Shown in pieces: positions 1-12,221 of a stretch of DNA of 64,000 bases (position 1 is the first letter of the stretch; each line of letters opens with the position of its first letter). Both the position numbers and the translations under genes were made by a program. Source of the DNA: Schmidtea polychroa (lineage: Eukaryota); the NCBI GenBank assembly GCA_044892525.1, contig CM097885.1, positions 50,408,001 to 50,472,000 of the forward strand, read 5' to 3'. The notes under the pieces were generated by a model. It was not told the DNA's origin. It searched no databases and saw nothing but the letters and a program-made list of their open reading frames with translations.

Positions 1-543
1 TATTAAACGGTTATTGCAAACCATATTTTATATTATTGAGCATCCGACCATTGATCAATAGTATAATGCATTATTATGCACCGGAATATAAGGATTGGTT
101 TAGTGTGTGGTGAACAGTAGCTGATTGGATGAGCTGATTGGTTTCAATGACAACTCCATGGTCAGCTATTTTTGAATATAAAATAAACTTTTATTTATAC
201 ATCTTATACAGCTTTTCATTTTAATTATGAAAGTGAAAATTTAAGCAAAACGCAAGATTGGGCAGTAAATAGATAATGCGGAAATTAAGACCGATGCTGG
301 AACTGTTAATATTCTCACTGTCAATAGGAGCCATATTATTATATTTCCTTCTTAAATAGCAGCTAAAAACAATCAGTAAACAATTAAAAAATAAATAAAA
401 GTTATGTATAGTTTATAATTTCATTGAAGAGGAGTTCAATGCGTCCTAATGCTTAGTATACATACCTAACCATGCTCCTTTTCGTTTTCAATTTTAAAAT
501 AAAATAAAGTCAGTTTTTATTCCATTTCTAAAGAAAAAGATAA

Positions 544-1031
544 TCAATTCTTACCGAATTGATTGGATGTTATTGAAATTTCTCTTTTACGTTGCATTTC
601 ACGAATTTTTAATTCTGAGTTAATATTTGTGCATAGATCTCGGAAATTACGAGTTTGATCAACTGCTTTTGTTCGGAGTTCTTTGATTTTAATTTTTTTA
701 ACATTTAAATTCTGAGAATTATCTGTTGACAACTGACTAAAGATAAGTAGGTTAATTAAATTTCTTTATTGAATTTTGTGATCAACCTTTCAAGATCTGA
801 AATTTCTTTTTCTAATTGATAAAAAAGACTGTTTAATTTTTCTCTTGATTTCTCAAGATTTTTCACATCACCATGTTTGTGTTTAATTATTTGAAAATCT
901 CGATTAGTAGAATCCATTAACTGTCGAATGCTAGTGAGAGTTTGTTCGATTTTGGTTAGTTGGGCTTTCCACCTACTATCTGCACCCAGGCCAGGTGTTA
1001 CATCTTTATCTGAATTTACGGACCACGACAT
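544..1031 (-). CDS. Hypothetical coiled-coil protein, at least two exons (1031-787, 736-555/544); may continue into further 3' exons
   Basis: ORFs 756..1031 and 544..732 join in frame across a 50-nt GT-AG intron (786-737; AAAG|GTTGAT ... CTTTAG|TCAG). A GTAAGA donor at 554 suggests further exons; a candidate terminal exon lies near 165-75. Helical, charged sequence; no family recognised. Confidence 0.6.
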
Positions 1032-2280
1032 TTTTTAGCTGCAAATAACGAAATTGTTAAGACAAATTAACTAAATACTGATAGTATAAATCTTAAAATT
1101 TTAAATGAAATATCTCAAATTAATATAATTTTAATTAATTTTAAATTATTAAAAAGTTTATGTCATTTCCTGTAAAATTAAAAAGTTAAAAGAACTTTTA
1201 AAAGAATTGAATTATAAAAACAACAAATGTTTGTTTAATTAACATTAATCATAATAAAATATTGATAAAATATTAAAATGAAATTATTTTATTAGAAATT
1301 ATCAAATATAATACAATAATAATAATATAGAAATTTGAATTTAATAATTAATGTTATACAAAAATCAGTATAATCAAAATAAATTCACTATAATAAAAAT
1401 ATCTTTATTATCTTGTTGCTTCTTTATCAAAGCTTCTCGTCATTTTGTTGGGTTTTTATTGTTTATGGTTGTAAATTTCTTGTAAAGAGTTTGTTGTTTG
1501 AAGTATGGTTTTTTTTTGTGATTTGCTTCTTTTACGTTATCTGACTTCTGTATCTGCTTGATTTCCTAGTTGTTACTTCACTTAGTTTTTGCTCGTAATT
1601 TTTGGTTTTGCTTTATAGTTTTACTTGACGTTTTTGCTTTCTTTTCTCGGATCGTTTTGTTTGTTTGGTTTTGGGTTAACTTTTTTGTTTAGATTTTGGT
1701 TAGTTTTTATGTTTGGTTATTTTGGGTTTTGTGGCTTTTTATTTGGTTTATATTTGGGTATATAGATATTGTTTGTTAACTCGAGCAATATTCCACCCTA
1801 CATGCTAAACTTAAAAATTACGATGCACTTTCTTTTCGGTACTCAATGCGTCATTCTGATCACCCAATCAATTGGTAAGCAATTTGAGATAGGTAATAGA
1901 TATGTATAGAAGATTAAGTCCAAATGTTGGCATTAAAATATAATTTTTGATTTTTCTTACAACTATATGTTATCGTCTCTCTTGAGTTTAAACTGCTTGC
2001 TTTTTTACCGCTTGTTCTTTGTCTTGTTCTTTTTCTGTAGTTCTTTCTCTGGACATTTTCTGTTACTTTTTGGAAATTTAATAATTATTATTTTGACCAA
2101 TTTCCTTTAAAAATGTTTGCGCTAATGGTTCATTTATTTATCTTGCTTTCCTTGTATTTTACTCTGTCTAACTTACTACTTTAGTTCTCTTCAACCTCCT
2201 TTCGAAATGTTCGATTGACGACCTTGTTTCCTTTAACTGTAATGTTTGCATTTTGGGTAGCTAATAATTCAATTTTGTAA

Positions 2281-2787
2281 TGTACCAGCGTAGACAAAGA
2301 AGACAACCACGTGGAATGTTAGAATTAAGAAGGAGGCTAACCTGAAGTAGACTAGAGTTGAGCAAGGGGGAAATGAGAAACATAAACATTGAGTTTGCTT
2401 GTGCTCTTTTCTAATGATATTAGAGAAAGATGGATTAGTTAACGTCAACTTCTAATTGGATTATATAACTGTTGTTAGTTATGTGAGTGTTGGATTACTA
2501 ATCAATCCGGTATGAATAGGTTAGGTTACGACTGACGTATTTTTATCGGTAAGAACAACAAGGCTCAACACAACACATTCTATTTTTAACACAACACTTA
2601 AATAAACAACACATAGCTTTATATACGAGCAGTTAATCTGATGGACAAGTGCTTCACAATACAACGAATCTGATTGGTACAATAATTCAACAATTAAAAT
2701 TATCTTTCTTTTCTTTAATTGCTTTAATCTTTTTAATTTTTTGAATCAGACTCTTTAGTTTTGATTTTTGTTTTGACCGCCCTGACA
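2281..2787 (-). mobile_element. Possible LTR fragment (unclassified)
   Basis: Minus strand starts TGTCAGGGCGG at 2787, followed by a CCAAT element (~2672) and TATATAAA (~2618-2625). Other end and TSD not found; left boundary approximate. Confidence 0.3.
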
Positions 2788-4492
2788 ATTAAACAGAGTT
2801 TACAACTTCTTATATAATGTCAATTGATACTAACTAAATCCTACTTTGTTAAATCTCTAAATAAGAAATGTGAATTGATAAGATTTTTAAGGCCCACCAG
2901 GACCCAATAACTTAATATTTTTCCTTTATATGTCAAGCTTGTGAATTTGTTTTTTCATTTGATATGATTTATGTATTCATTAAAATTTTAATAAATTAAT
3001 CAATTTATATAGGGGCTCTCATTGACTTAAAATTATGATATTCATTTTTATCTTCATTTGCTACATATCATGTCTTTTCTTCAGAAAAATATTGAATTTT
3101 CAATTTTTCACATTTTAAATTAGTATTTTACATTTACATATTTAATAACTTTTTCATAATTGATGAGAGTTAGAGGTATAAGTTCTTATCAACACAGATT
3201 ATTTAGATCTGAGAGTTCCTACTAAGAAATAAAAGAAAAAACGATTGGACCGATAGTCAGAAAGATTCAAGACAAGTGCATGGGACTGCAATTGGAATTT
3301 CGTCTACCTATCAAACATTTTCGTACAAATTTACTTTTTCAAGAAAGAAGAATTGATGAGTAAAAGATATTGGTGTATTGAACGTCTGCCCATTAACCCG
3401 GTGAACTTCACAAAAGAAGATCCTGAAATTATTAAAATAACAAAAAAAGAAATAATTATAACCAATTTCATTTTCCTTGAAAATAAAATAAAGAATAACT
3501 AATAAAAAATAAAAAGGTGACAATGAAACTATAGAAAATTTGAAGTGAATATAAGAAACAAATAAAGAAAGAGGAATATTAAATTATTTTGAATTGACGT
3601 GTTAAATTTGAAAAAACGAGAAGAGACAGGAATTAAATGAGTTTCGTCTCATTTTTATAATGTGAGGCATTATGAACAAATGACTCAAGTTCGAATAATT
3701 AACTTAAATGGACAAATAACAAAGGAAAGATTTCTCAGTGGATAGGACTAATTTTCGATCACCTGAGTATGTCCAATGAATTTTCTTTGTTGAAAAAGTA
3801 TAATGCATTAAATATTTGCTGAGGAAAATGGGGGGGGGCGTAATAAATTTCTCTCAGAATTATATAGCAATTCAAAAATGTAGTTGGCAACATGTGAGTT
3901 ACTATTAGTCTATTTCGGAAACAAGATAACACAGGATTAACAATTGTTTGGTTACTATGAGAGTAAAAAAAGAAAATCTTCAGAGCGAATATAGAACTTG
4001 TAAAAATAATCAATCTTTTGTGACTGAAGTTGATGGGTTTATATTTGGGATTAAAATCAGCAAAGAAGATTTCTAGGGTATTGAAATATGAGTTACCAGC
4101 GGTAATAAAAAAAGTTCAAAAGTGAAGAATGATTATGCTAGATTTACTGGTATTTAGAACAATGGGAAGAATTAGTTACAAATTGAGACTAGCACAGAAC
4201 AATGGTGTTACGTATCAACGAAAGACAATTCAAACTAGCTAAAACTCAAAAAAACAGTGGAACATATAAACCTTGCTTTTTCGATTATTGCTCAAAATTT
4301 ATTTTAAAATTTATGATTTTGTAAAAAATTAAATTCAAGTAATAAATATAAACATTGAGTAATCTGCTTTTTAAAAATATTTTATAATACAGGATAAAAT
4401 TCCCATGAAATGGTACTTGTAAAATTTTATTTTAAAAACGACAGTATGAAAAATGTATTTTTAGAAACTTTCGTTAGAAAAAAGCAAATGAT

Positions 4493-5434
4493 TCATATAT
4501 TTTTCAACTTGCATGGTCGTTGGAATTCTTGGCCTCTTTCATGAAACCATTTATTCATAACCCATTTTGAACCGACTAAAACTGGGCAACCAGCATGTCT
4601 TGTCATATCGTCACTTTCTCCATTAGCTTTAAGATTATACCAAAAAGCAGCAGTGCCTTTTTTTGGCCACAATTTGGCACCTACTTCCGTGAAAACTGTT
4701 GCTCCACCAGCTTCAACATCAGACATCTATTAATAGATTAAGTTGGATTAATTGATTAAATATTTAATATAATTCAAATAAATAACTATGTAAGCCAAGA
4801 AGAAAGATTTAATTAGAGAGGACGCAAAAAAAGACTTGCTAAATTTTGTATTGGAGTTGTTAGGACCTTTTTCTGATCGACATATTTTATTTCTTGCATA
4901 AAAATCCGTTAATTATGACTTACATAGCTATTTATCTGAATTACATATTAATAAATGATTCCGCTAAAGATAAATTTATTTTAAAATTTGTCAAAATATT
5001 TAATAATTATCTATTACTATTAAAGACATTTTTCAAATTAATAAAACAAAATATTCCAATTAATGTAAAATAAAAATTTAGTTATTCAAGGTACATATTA
5101 CAGTAAAATCCGTTAAAGCGATTGTAAAATTATTCCATAAATATTACTTACATAAAATAATAGAGTCGCTATTCGATTGCCACGCTCGATTTCAAAGGCA
5201 TCTTGGGGACGCTTCTAATTTTTAAAGGAAATATTTAAATATATTTCAATATATATTATTAAATTACTTTTCCATGATCAAAATGGGGTGAATAATGACC
5301 ACCTATTCCATAGTTAACAACTTGCAAATCTTCTGCCATCTCAATATCAAGTCCTGTCGAAGCAATTATTCGTTTGTTAATCTTTGTAGTTATTTCGTCC
5401 AAATCATTTGGTAACCAAGCACTATTCAATTAAC

Positions 5435-5525
<91 letters not shown>

Positions 5526-6979
5526 AGTATAATGTGACGATTTCTTGGTAGTAGAAAATTGAAAAGTACTATTTTTATAGTTGAAAATTCTTTCATATAC
5601 TTCGCAGCAAAATGCTTAAATTATCATTTAATTGTTTAATATTATTATTATAATGTCAGTAGAAAATGAAAAGAAATCAGAGGTGAAAATCAAAAGAATA
5701 TCTTATAATATCATTATTATTATAAAGCAAAATGAAACCTTTTACTTATTCGATAGCTTGCAAATTCTAGAATCCCAGTGGATGGATTCCTTACAGTGGC
5801 TCTGTTCAGCTAAAAACATTTGATTTCTACTCCGAAAATATTTACAAAATATTACTTTTGGAGAGGCAACATATTTTATATGTTCAATTTCTTGATCATG
5901 TATTAAATCATGAATTATAACCACTCTCGGTTTGCTAAATGCGACTTCAACTTTTAATGGTCCGATTTTGTAAAATGGATGAGGTATTTTATTGTAACAT
6001 CTCAGATTTCTTTCCCGTTTATGTAGCTTAATTGGAGATTCACCTCGACACAAAGCGGTATAAAAATTCCCATCAGCATGATCGGGAAATCCGGGATCTT
6101 AAATGAAATATTAATGAGATCAAAATAATTTTATTTGTTCTTACTTTCATCATTATTAACATTTATTTCTTTAGATATTTCTTCCAAATAGTATTTTTTA
6201 TTTTGTAATAATCGATCACGAATATCGCTGTTGGGAGATTGGAGTAATTCGTTTGTGTAATTCAAAGCAGCTCTATACATTCCAATTGATCCTAGACAAT
6301 AGGAAAGGTAATCAAGAATTGATCTTTCATTTAAAGTGCCATCAGGGTCAACTTTATTAATTTTAAATAAATTTAATGATTCATTGAACCATTTTACAGC
6401 TATAGGATAATTTTCCCTTTTGTATGCATGTACTCCAATGTTGAAACAGTCATCTGCGTTTAATTTAACATTTGATTGAAAATTTTGAATTTTCCCAACA
6501 ACGAGATCTTTCGTGTCCAAATGATATGTTTCCTGTAATCTAATCATTGCGTCTATTGCTCCCTCAATATCATCAGTATTCGGAAGGCGATCTTGGAATT
6601 GATCAATTTCTTCTTGTAAGATTTTTCTGAATTTGTTATTAACGAAATCATTCACCAAATTCAGTTTATCTTTCCAATCGTGAACAAATTTTCTTGTAAA
6701 TAAATAAGAATTGATTGGATTGGAAAAGTACTTTTCAATTTCCATTGAATCGCTGAAATCATTTGCTGAGATATTGTAGGCTTTGAGTTCTTTTGCAAAT
6801 TCAACAATTTCATTCAGTCGATGTTCTTCTTTTAAAACGTATTGATGCAACAATTCACCGAGCTCTTTTTCCGCTTTGAAAACCTTTGAAAGATCGACTA
6901 ATGCTGTAAATAATTCACCATACAGACAATTGAAAATAGCAACTAGAATTGAAAATAAAAAAAATCGTTTAAAATCCAT
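4493..6979 (-). CDS. P4HA: Prolyl 4-hydroxylase alpha subunit (collagen P4H), 532 aa; exons 6979-6145, 6097-5856, 5809-5739, 5421-5268, 5214-5152, 4726-4493
   Basis: Signal peptide plus ELFTALVDL N-terminus, TPR-like region, LQVVNYGIGGHYSPHFD (HxD), GNRIATLLFYMSDVEAGGATVF, TRHAGCPVLVGSKWVMNKW. All five introns are GT-AG and the exons total 1599 nt in frame. Confidence 0.97.
5439..5524. repeat. (TAT)n microsatellite in P4HA intron 3
   Basis: Direct observation. Confidence 0.95.
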
Positions 6980-8516
6980 CTAAATTGAATAAGAAAGTAC
7001 GTGATATGCTTATCGATTGATAAATCACTTTCCCGTTGGCATTTAAATTTGAGTTTGTGTGCTGAGATCATTTGCAGAAATCTTCGATGAATCGAGTGTG
7101 TGTACAATTGTGCATTTCAATTGCATGCCATGAAAAATCCCAATTACACGCCACGATTCACCGCAATTTGTGCAAGATCTGTGCATGCACACCTCCAATT
7201 TCACTTAACGTAATGTAATTTTGTAAATTAATTATTTTTAATCATCCATGAAAATTAGTACATTTATCTTAGTCTGATTTAAATTCTTAATATTCTGAAA
7301 AATAAAATTCGATTGATATTAAAATGTCATTTATCATTTTCTAAGGTAAAAATATTGAAATAAAAATTAAATGGACAGTTAAATTTATATTATATAATAT
7401 TTTATAGGAATTTTTTGATTGAGAAATTGTTTCGAACGTTCTAAAAATACTGAAATTTTAACAGATAAAATATTTAAAACTTTAGAAAAAGAAATTTTAT
7501 TACAATTATTATGCAATAATTAGAAGAAACTAACAAATTGAAATTAAACTGTTGAAGATGTCAAAACATTAATCAATAAATCCATTAAAATTACTGAAGA
7601 AAATGAATTGAATAAAAAGTGAAACATAATTATTAATTATTGAGGAGCAGAATTTTAAGAAATGATTGAGAAATGATGAAGAAATCGGAAAAAGGAAAAA
7701 TTAATTAGGTACAAAATCGGAAATAAACAGTGCAACAAATCAGTTCCTAATCTGGATAACCTCTCAGTAGAGATCGATCTAAAAACTTCCCAGGAAGTCG
7801 CGATAAATGAACATTGATTGATGTGAGTGAAAGATGTTTTAACAAATACACTAAAACTTTACTTCCTCTACTCTCTTATGTTTTGTTTTGGTTGTTTTCT
7901 TCGAATGCTCACATTTTCAAGTTGACAGATAAGTAAAGGAAAGGTTCAGCAGGCAAAATATCACGAAATGAGTTAGTGAGAGATCTGGGATACTCATTTG
8001 ATTAACATTATGAGTTTAACCGAAATTGGCATGATACGTTATGTGGTTAATGATCGAAATAAGAAAGAATTTAAGCAGCAGCAAGTCCAGGCATTTATCA
8101 TTCTATCAGTAACAAAAACCCTACAGAGGGAATCAACAATAACTAGTGTTGGCACTTCAGGTCAATTTAACACTAATTTTCAACCAATTCTCACTGTAAC
8201 AACATGCTTATATCGGAAAGAGAACATGGGTGTAACTCAGGCTGTTATATAATTTTGAGACACCCCGAGCAAATTCATCGTTCAGCATCTTATCTTATTT
8301 GTTTATTTATTAGAAATTTTGGAGTTTTAATGCATTCATGACCAGAAAATCGACTGATTTCCAATACCTTGTATTGTAGTTGTAAACGGTTATGTTCCTT
8401 AGGAACTTATTTAACCATATTTGTGAATTTAAACTATTAATTGTTATAGAGAAGTTGTCAGAACCCACCAGAGTCACCTTTAAAATCTGTTTCGAGACTG
8501 CTGGGGTGTTTGTGTG

Positions 8517-9347
8517 TGTTGACAAATGGGGAGAATTTATTACAATTATAATAATATCAAATGTTTAATTTGAACCAAAATAATAAAACACAACTAATTA
8601 ACTTATAAAACTTTTATTAAGCAAATATTAATGAATTAATCTTGTCTTTATCTTGAGATCTCGATTTATAAATTGCTTTGTTGTTCAATAGTCTAAATTT
8701 CTCCAGCAAATGTACGGTTTTGTAGAATAGAGCAGATCTTAAGCTCATCTTGCAAGAAATGGATGACGACACGTTCTGGGCCACTGGTAACGCCCCGCTA
8801 GGAACGTCGTAGCCCAGTAATGACGTTTTCTACTGTGATTCTCTAGTATGATTGGACATAAATCAATGACCTTACAGGTGTATCGGTGAAATATAGAACT
8901 GACAAATACTTCGCGTGTGATAACTGATAGATGATAATAAATATATTAGTGTTTTGTATGGTCTTCTACTTCCTTTTTTAAAAAAAAGAATTATACGCAG
9001 TATGTTCGATTTTATGAATGCGGGTGGGACAGTTGCGAACGACAATACCCCTTGGACCAGGGTGTTCCGTACAAATCTCTTGTCGTTTTGGGTATACAAG
9101 GAAGTAAGCCTTTCTATCGGCATTCCAGGACCCGTAAATGTGGAAACCATGAAGAGTAGTTTTAACAGAGAAGCTTACCTGTTCGTGGATCATCAGCTAC
9201 TATGTGCAATACCAACATGGTCGTCGCAATGGGCACATGGGTAGTTAAAGACAACAATCACCTTGGCGTCTAGGAAAGAGTCGGGTTGAGTCAACCACAG
9301 TTACCCTTACTACCATTTTGAGCATGACACACCCCTAGGCGCCAACA
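8517..9347 (+). mobile_element. LTR of family B (divergent relative of family A)
   Basis: TGTTG at 8517, TATA-like TTATAAA ~8666, and a 3' region 9104-9347 that aligns blockwise with the family A U5 and ends ...GCCAACA. No TSD found; 5' boundary inferred. Confidence 0.6.
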
Positions 9348-10700
9348 GGATGGTCAGACAAGTTCTCCCGCTGGTGAGGTCGGCTCACATCTGATAATAT
9401 CCATCGTTTCACGTGTGGATCTTATACCAGATCCACTTGGTTCGTAGCCTTGTGATTGATTTGGTAGGTGGGTTAGCAGTGGGGTTCTCCTCCTGATCGT
9501 AAGATGAGTCCTGACCCGCTCCTCTGACGACGGCCCAATTTCACACTCTTCTGAAGGGAAAACAATATTCATAGCTAATCGTGACGATGATTTGGTACGC
9601 CGAGATTTTAATTGTTTTGTAAGTTCCCATCCTCCCATTTACACTCGCGCACGTACGCCTCTTCCCATGTGTTCTCGTTTAGGCTTCTAGCCCACTATTC
9701 TACACTCGATTCCGTTCGACGCACTGTTCACTCTACCAGTTTCAGTAATTCCATATGAACCCCATCCGAGCGAAACCCACCACCGTCTGGGACTCTACAC
9801 GACTAACTGTTGTTGGGCTGAAGCCGAGAACTGAGAGTTTGTTTTAATCGATCGAAAATACCTAACACAAAAACCGCAAATTTGAAAATAATCTATGATC
9901 AAGATCTAATTTAAAATAAATGAAATAAATTACATCACACATTAAGAACCAATAAACCCCGTATAATAGAATAAGAGATAAATAAATTTAACAAAAAATT
10001 CAACACTTAAAAATTTAAATAGAAAAATAATAAAATATAAAATAGAATTAGTTGAAAATTATTTAAACAATATAAAAATAAAATCGTCAAAAATAATAAA
10101 ATTAGTTAGCATTATATAAATTGTAAAGTTTATAGAATTAAATGGTTATTTAACTTATTAAATTTAAAGAATAAAAATGTTTAAATTAATAAAAATTAAT
10201 ATAACGCAAATTATTTAAATTATAAAATTTATAAAATTAAAATTAATAAAAATTAAATAAGAAATTAATTAAATTTAGTGAATTAAAACAAATAAACAAT
10301 TGCACACACTCATGCATGTATGCAAGACTAATTCAGAATTTCTCGCACTCTGATTGGATAGAGTGGCAGCAAATGCATGCATACGCATTCAAAATCAGTA
10401 TAAATACTGATCAGAAATTCATTTAAAAAAACCTTTTTTTCTCTAACATCAAAATTTAGTTGTAGACAGTGAAGCTCTCAGTTTTCGATTTTATGCCAAC
10501 GTGGATTTGGTAATTTATTTTTTATTGTTGTAGTAATTTTACGAGATGATTTAATTTAATATGCAATAAAATTTTTAGTTAAATTTTCTTTTGATATTTT
10601 CTTTTAATTGTTTAATTTCATTTAGTTGCAGGTATTAAATAATAATTTTTATTGTGTTCAATTTTTATACTAACTGATTACGAACGTTAGAACCGCTGAA

Positions 10701-10826
10701 TTGAGATTCAGCATATCATGGTTTGAGGTACCTTCGGGATGCTCAGACTGGTGGGTATGCTGGTTTTTCAATCGCGCAGCTGGATTGGGCCGGAATGTGG
10801 GGGCTTCCTCACGGGTCCTATCGCTG
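10701..10826 (+). ncRNA. Putative structured cis-RNA module downstream of the LTR promoter (also 14096-14218 -, ~18516-18643 -, ~31494-31621 -)
   Basis: Two hairpins, one with a C(UUCG)G tetraloop. Stems covary between families A and C (CAGCAUAUC/GGGUAUGCUG vs ACUCUAUGUC/GACAUAGGGU). Confidence 0.6.
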
Positions 10827-11329
10827 GAAGTACTGTGGTCAAATGTAGGTTAGGACTGAGAATACAGGCAGATCCCTGCTCAAATTTTTTGAAGTATAAC
10901 TTATGTTGCGGGTACACTACTCGGATGACCCCTTTCTAGTGCAGCTTTAGTCTAGAGGATGAATGCCCACCTCGATTTCGCCCGTCATTTATTTGGTCAT
11001 CGCCGAGCGGAACCCGTACATAACCTACACTCCAACATAGCACCCGTGAATTGCTTCACGTTGGAACTGTGCTATGCCGGCGAGACGCCAGTAAGCAGGT
11101 GAGCCAGCTCATTCGGACTACTCCTTACTGAGGCCTCGACTTCCCAACCCTGACTGCCGATAGAAGGACTTACGTCTACTCATTCCGTCGCCCCATCGCA
11201 ATATTTCTAGCTGAGTTTACCAACTGACTAATGCTCCTCATAATTTTATGACTCTCCATGCCATTTACCAATTTCAACTCAACTGTCTTAAGATGAACAC
11301 AAAGAAAAAACGTATGCAGACAAAAATGG

Positions 11330-11335
11330 TTTATT
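11330..11335 (-). terminator. Putative polyadenylation signal (AATAAA) of the family C LTR
   Basis: AATAAA on the minus strand followed by U/GU-rich CCATTTTTGTCTGCATACGTTTTTTCTTTGTG. Confidence 0.55.
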
Positions 11336-11471
11336 ATTAAGATTATCACACAAATATATCTAACACCTATACAATAAAATTCCCGACAACAGGAAAAGAG
11401 ACAAAGGTAAAAATGTTATCAGACAATGTTCGGGTCAATTCAGAGAACGAAGACTTTTTACGGAGAAGTTC

Positions 11472-12221
11472 TCATTTCTCCCACTCCGAGTCTGCCAATA
11501 GATCTTCCAAATCGAAAAACTCAGAGGCATTTTCCTCCCAGGTAACACCAGCGGCGGAGATGATTCGCCCTGAGATCACTGATGCTAAATCGATTGCTAC
11601 AGGAGGGTTGATGACTTTGATTGGATGATCCGACGATTGCTGGTTCTGTTTGGCGGTTATGCGTTCCCGCTGTTTCTTTTTGCGTTCGGCTCTCGATAAT
11701 TGCCGACGCTTTGGCTTCGATGCCGTTGGATTGGTCGGGGGTGCTGCGGAGGTGGATGCTATCGCAGGTAACACTTTACTGGTTCCGGTAAAGATGATTT
11801 CTGGTTCTTTAGGTGAGAGCTCGGTCTCTACGCACCCATGGCAGGACTTTCCGACTGGAGAAGAAGATCCGCCAGAGATATCATGATGCGCTGGGAAAAG
11901 ATTACTGGATTCATTAATTGAGATCTTCGCGATCTTCCTTGTAGTTGCTGCCTGGACGTATAATTTGTGCAGCGCCTCCGACTGCTCTTTTATCAGGCTC
12001 CTCTGCGCCCGACTCTCGGAAATCAACGCGTCTCTACAGTGCTCGCTTCGGTGCAGCTTCTTCTGAACCTCCTTCATCTGGGTGGGACTAAACCATGTCC
12101 CCTCTAACTCATCTATCTTTCTTTTGTGCTTTCCGATCTGGGCCTGGAGCTCCTTGATAATTGAATTCTTGTCGGAGCAAGAAAAACAAGGTCGAAGAGC
12201 GGTCTTGGAATTTGGCAACAT
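11472..12221 (-). CDS. LTR-encoded hypothetical protein (249 aa from the ATG at 12221): CxxC, coiled coil, Arg/Lys-rich motif, acidic C-terminus
   Basis: Uninterrupted GC-richer ORF. Strong polypyrimidine tract plus CAG acceptor (12232-12231) lies 9 nt before the ATG; AATAAA and a GU-rich tract lie downstream. Confidence 0.65.
   Translation of the reverse strand: MLPNSKTALRPCFSCSDKNSIIKELQAQIGKHKRKIDELEGTWFSPTQMKEVQKKLHRSEHCRDALISESRAQRSLIKEQSEALHKLYVQAATTRKIAKISINESSNLFPAHHDISGGSSSPVGKSCHGCVETELSPKEPEIIFTGTSKVLPAIASTSAAPPTNPTASKPKRRQLSRAERKKKQRERITAKQNQQSSDHPIKVINPPVAIDLASVISGRIISAAGVTWEENASEFFDLEDLLADSEWEK

Noticed and set aside
3161..4240. Possible additional LTR or TE (similar unexplained GC-richer tracts at 9348-9806, 42200-42850, 48700-49270, 57800-58900)
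   Set aside because: No termini, TSD or protein motif could be established by eye.
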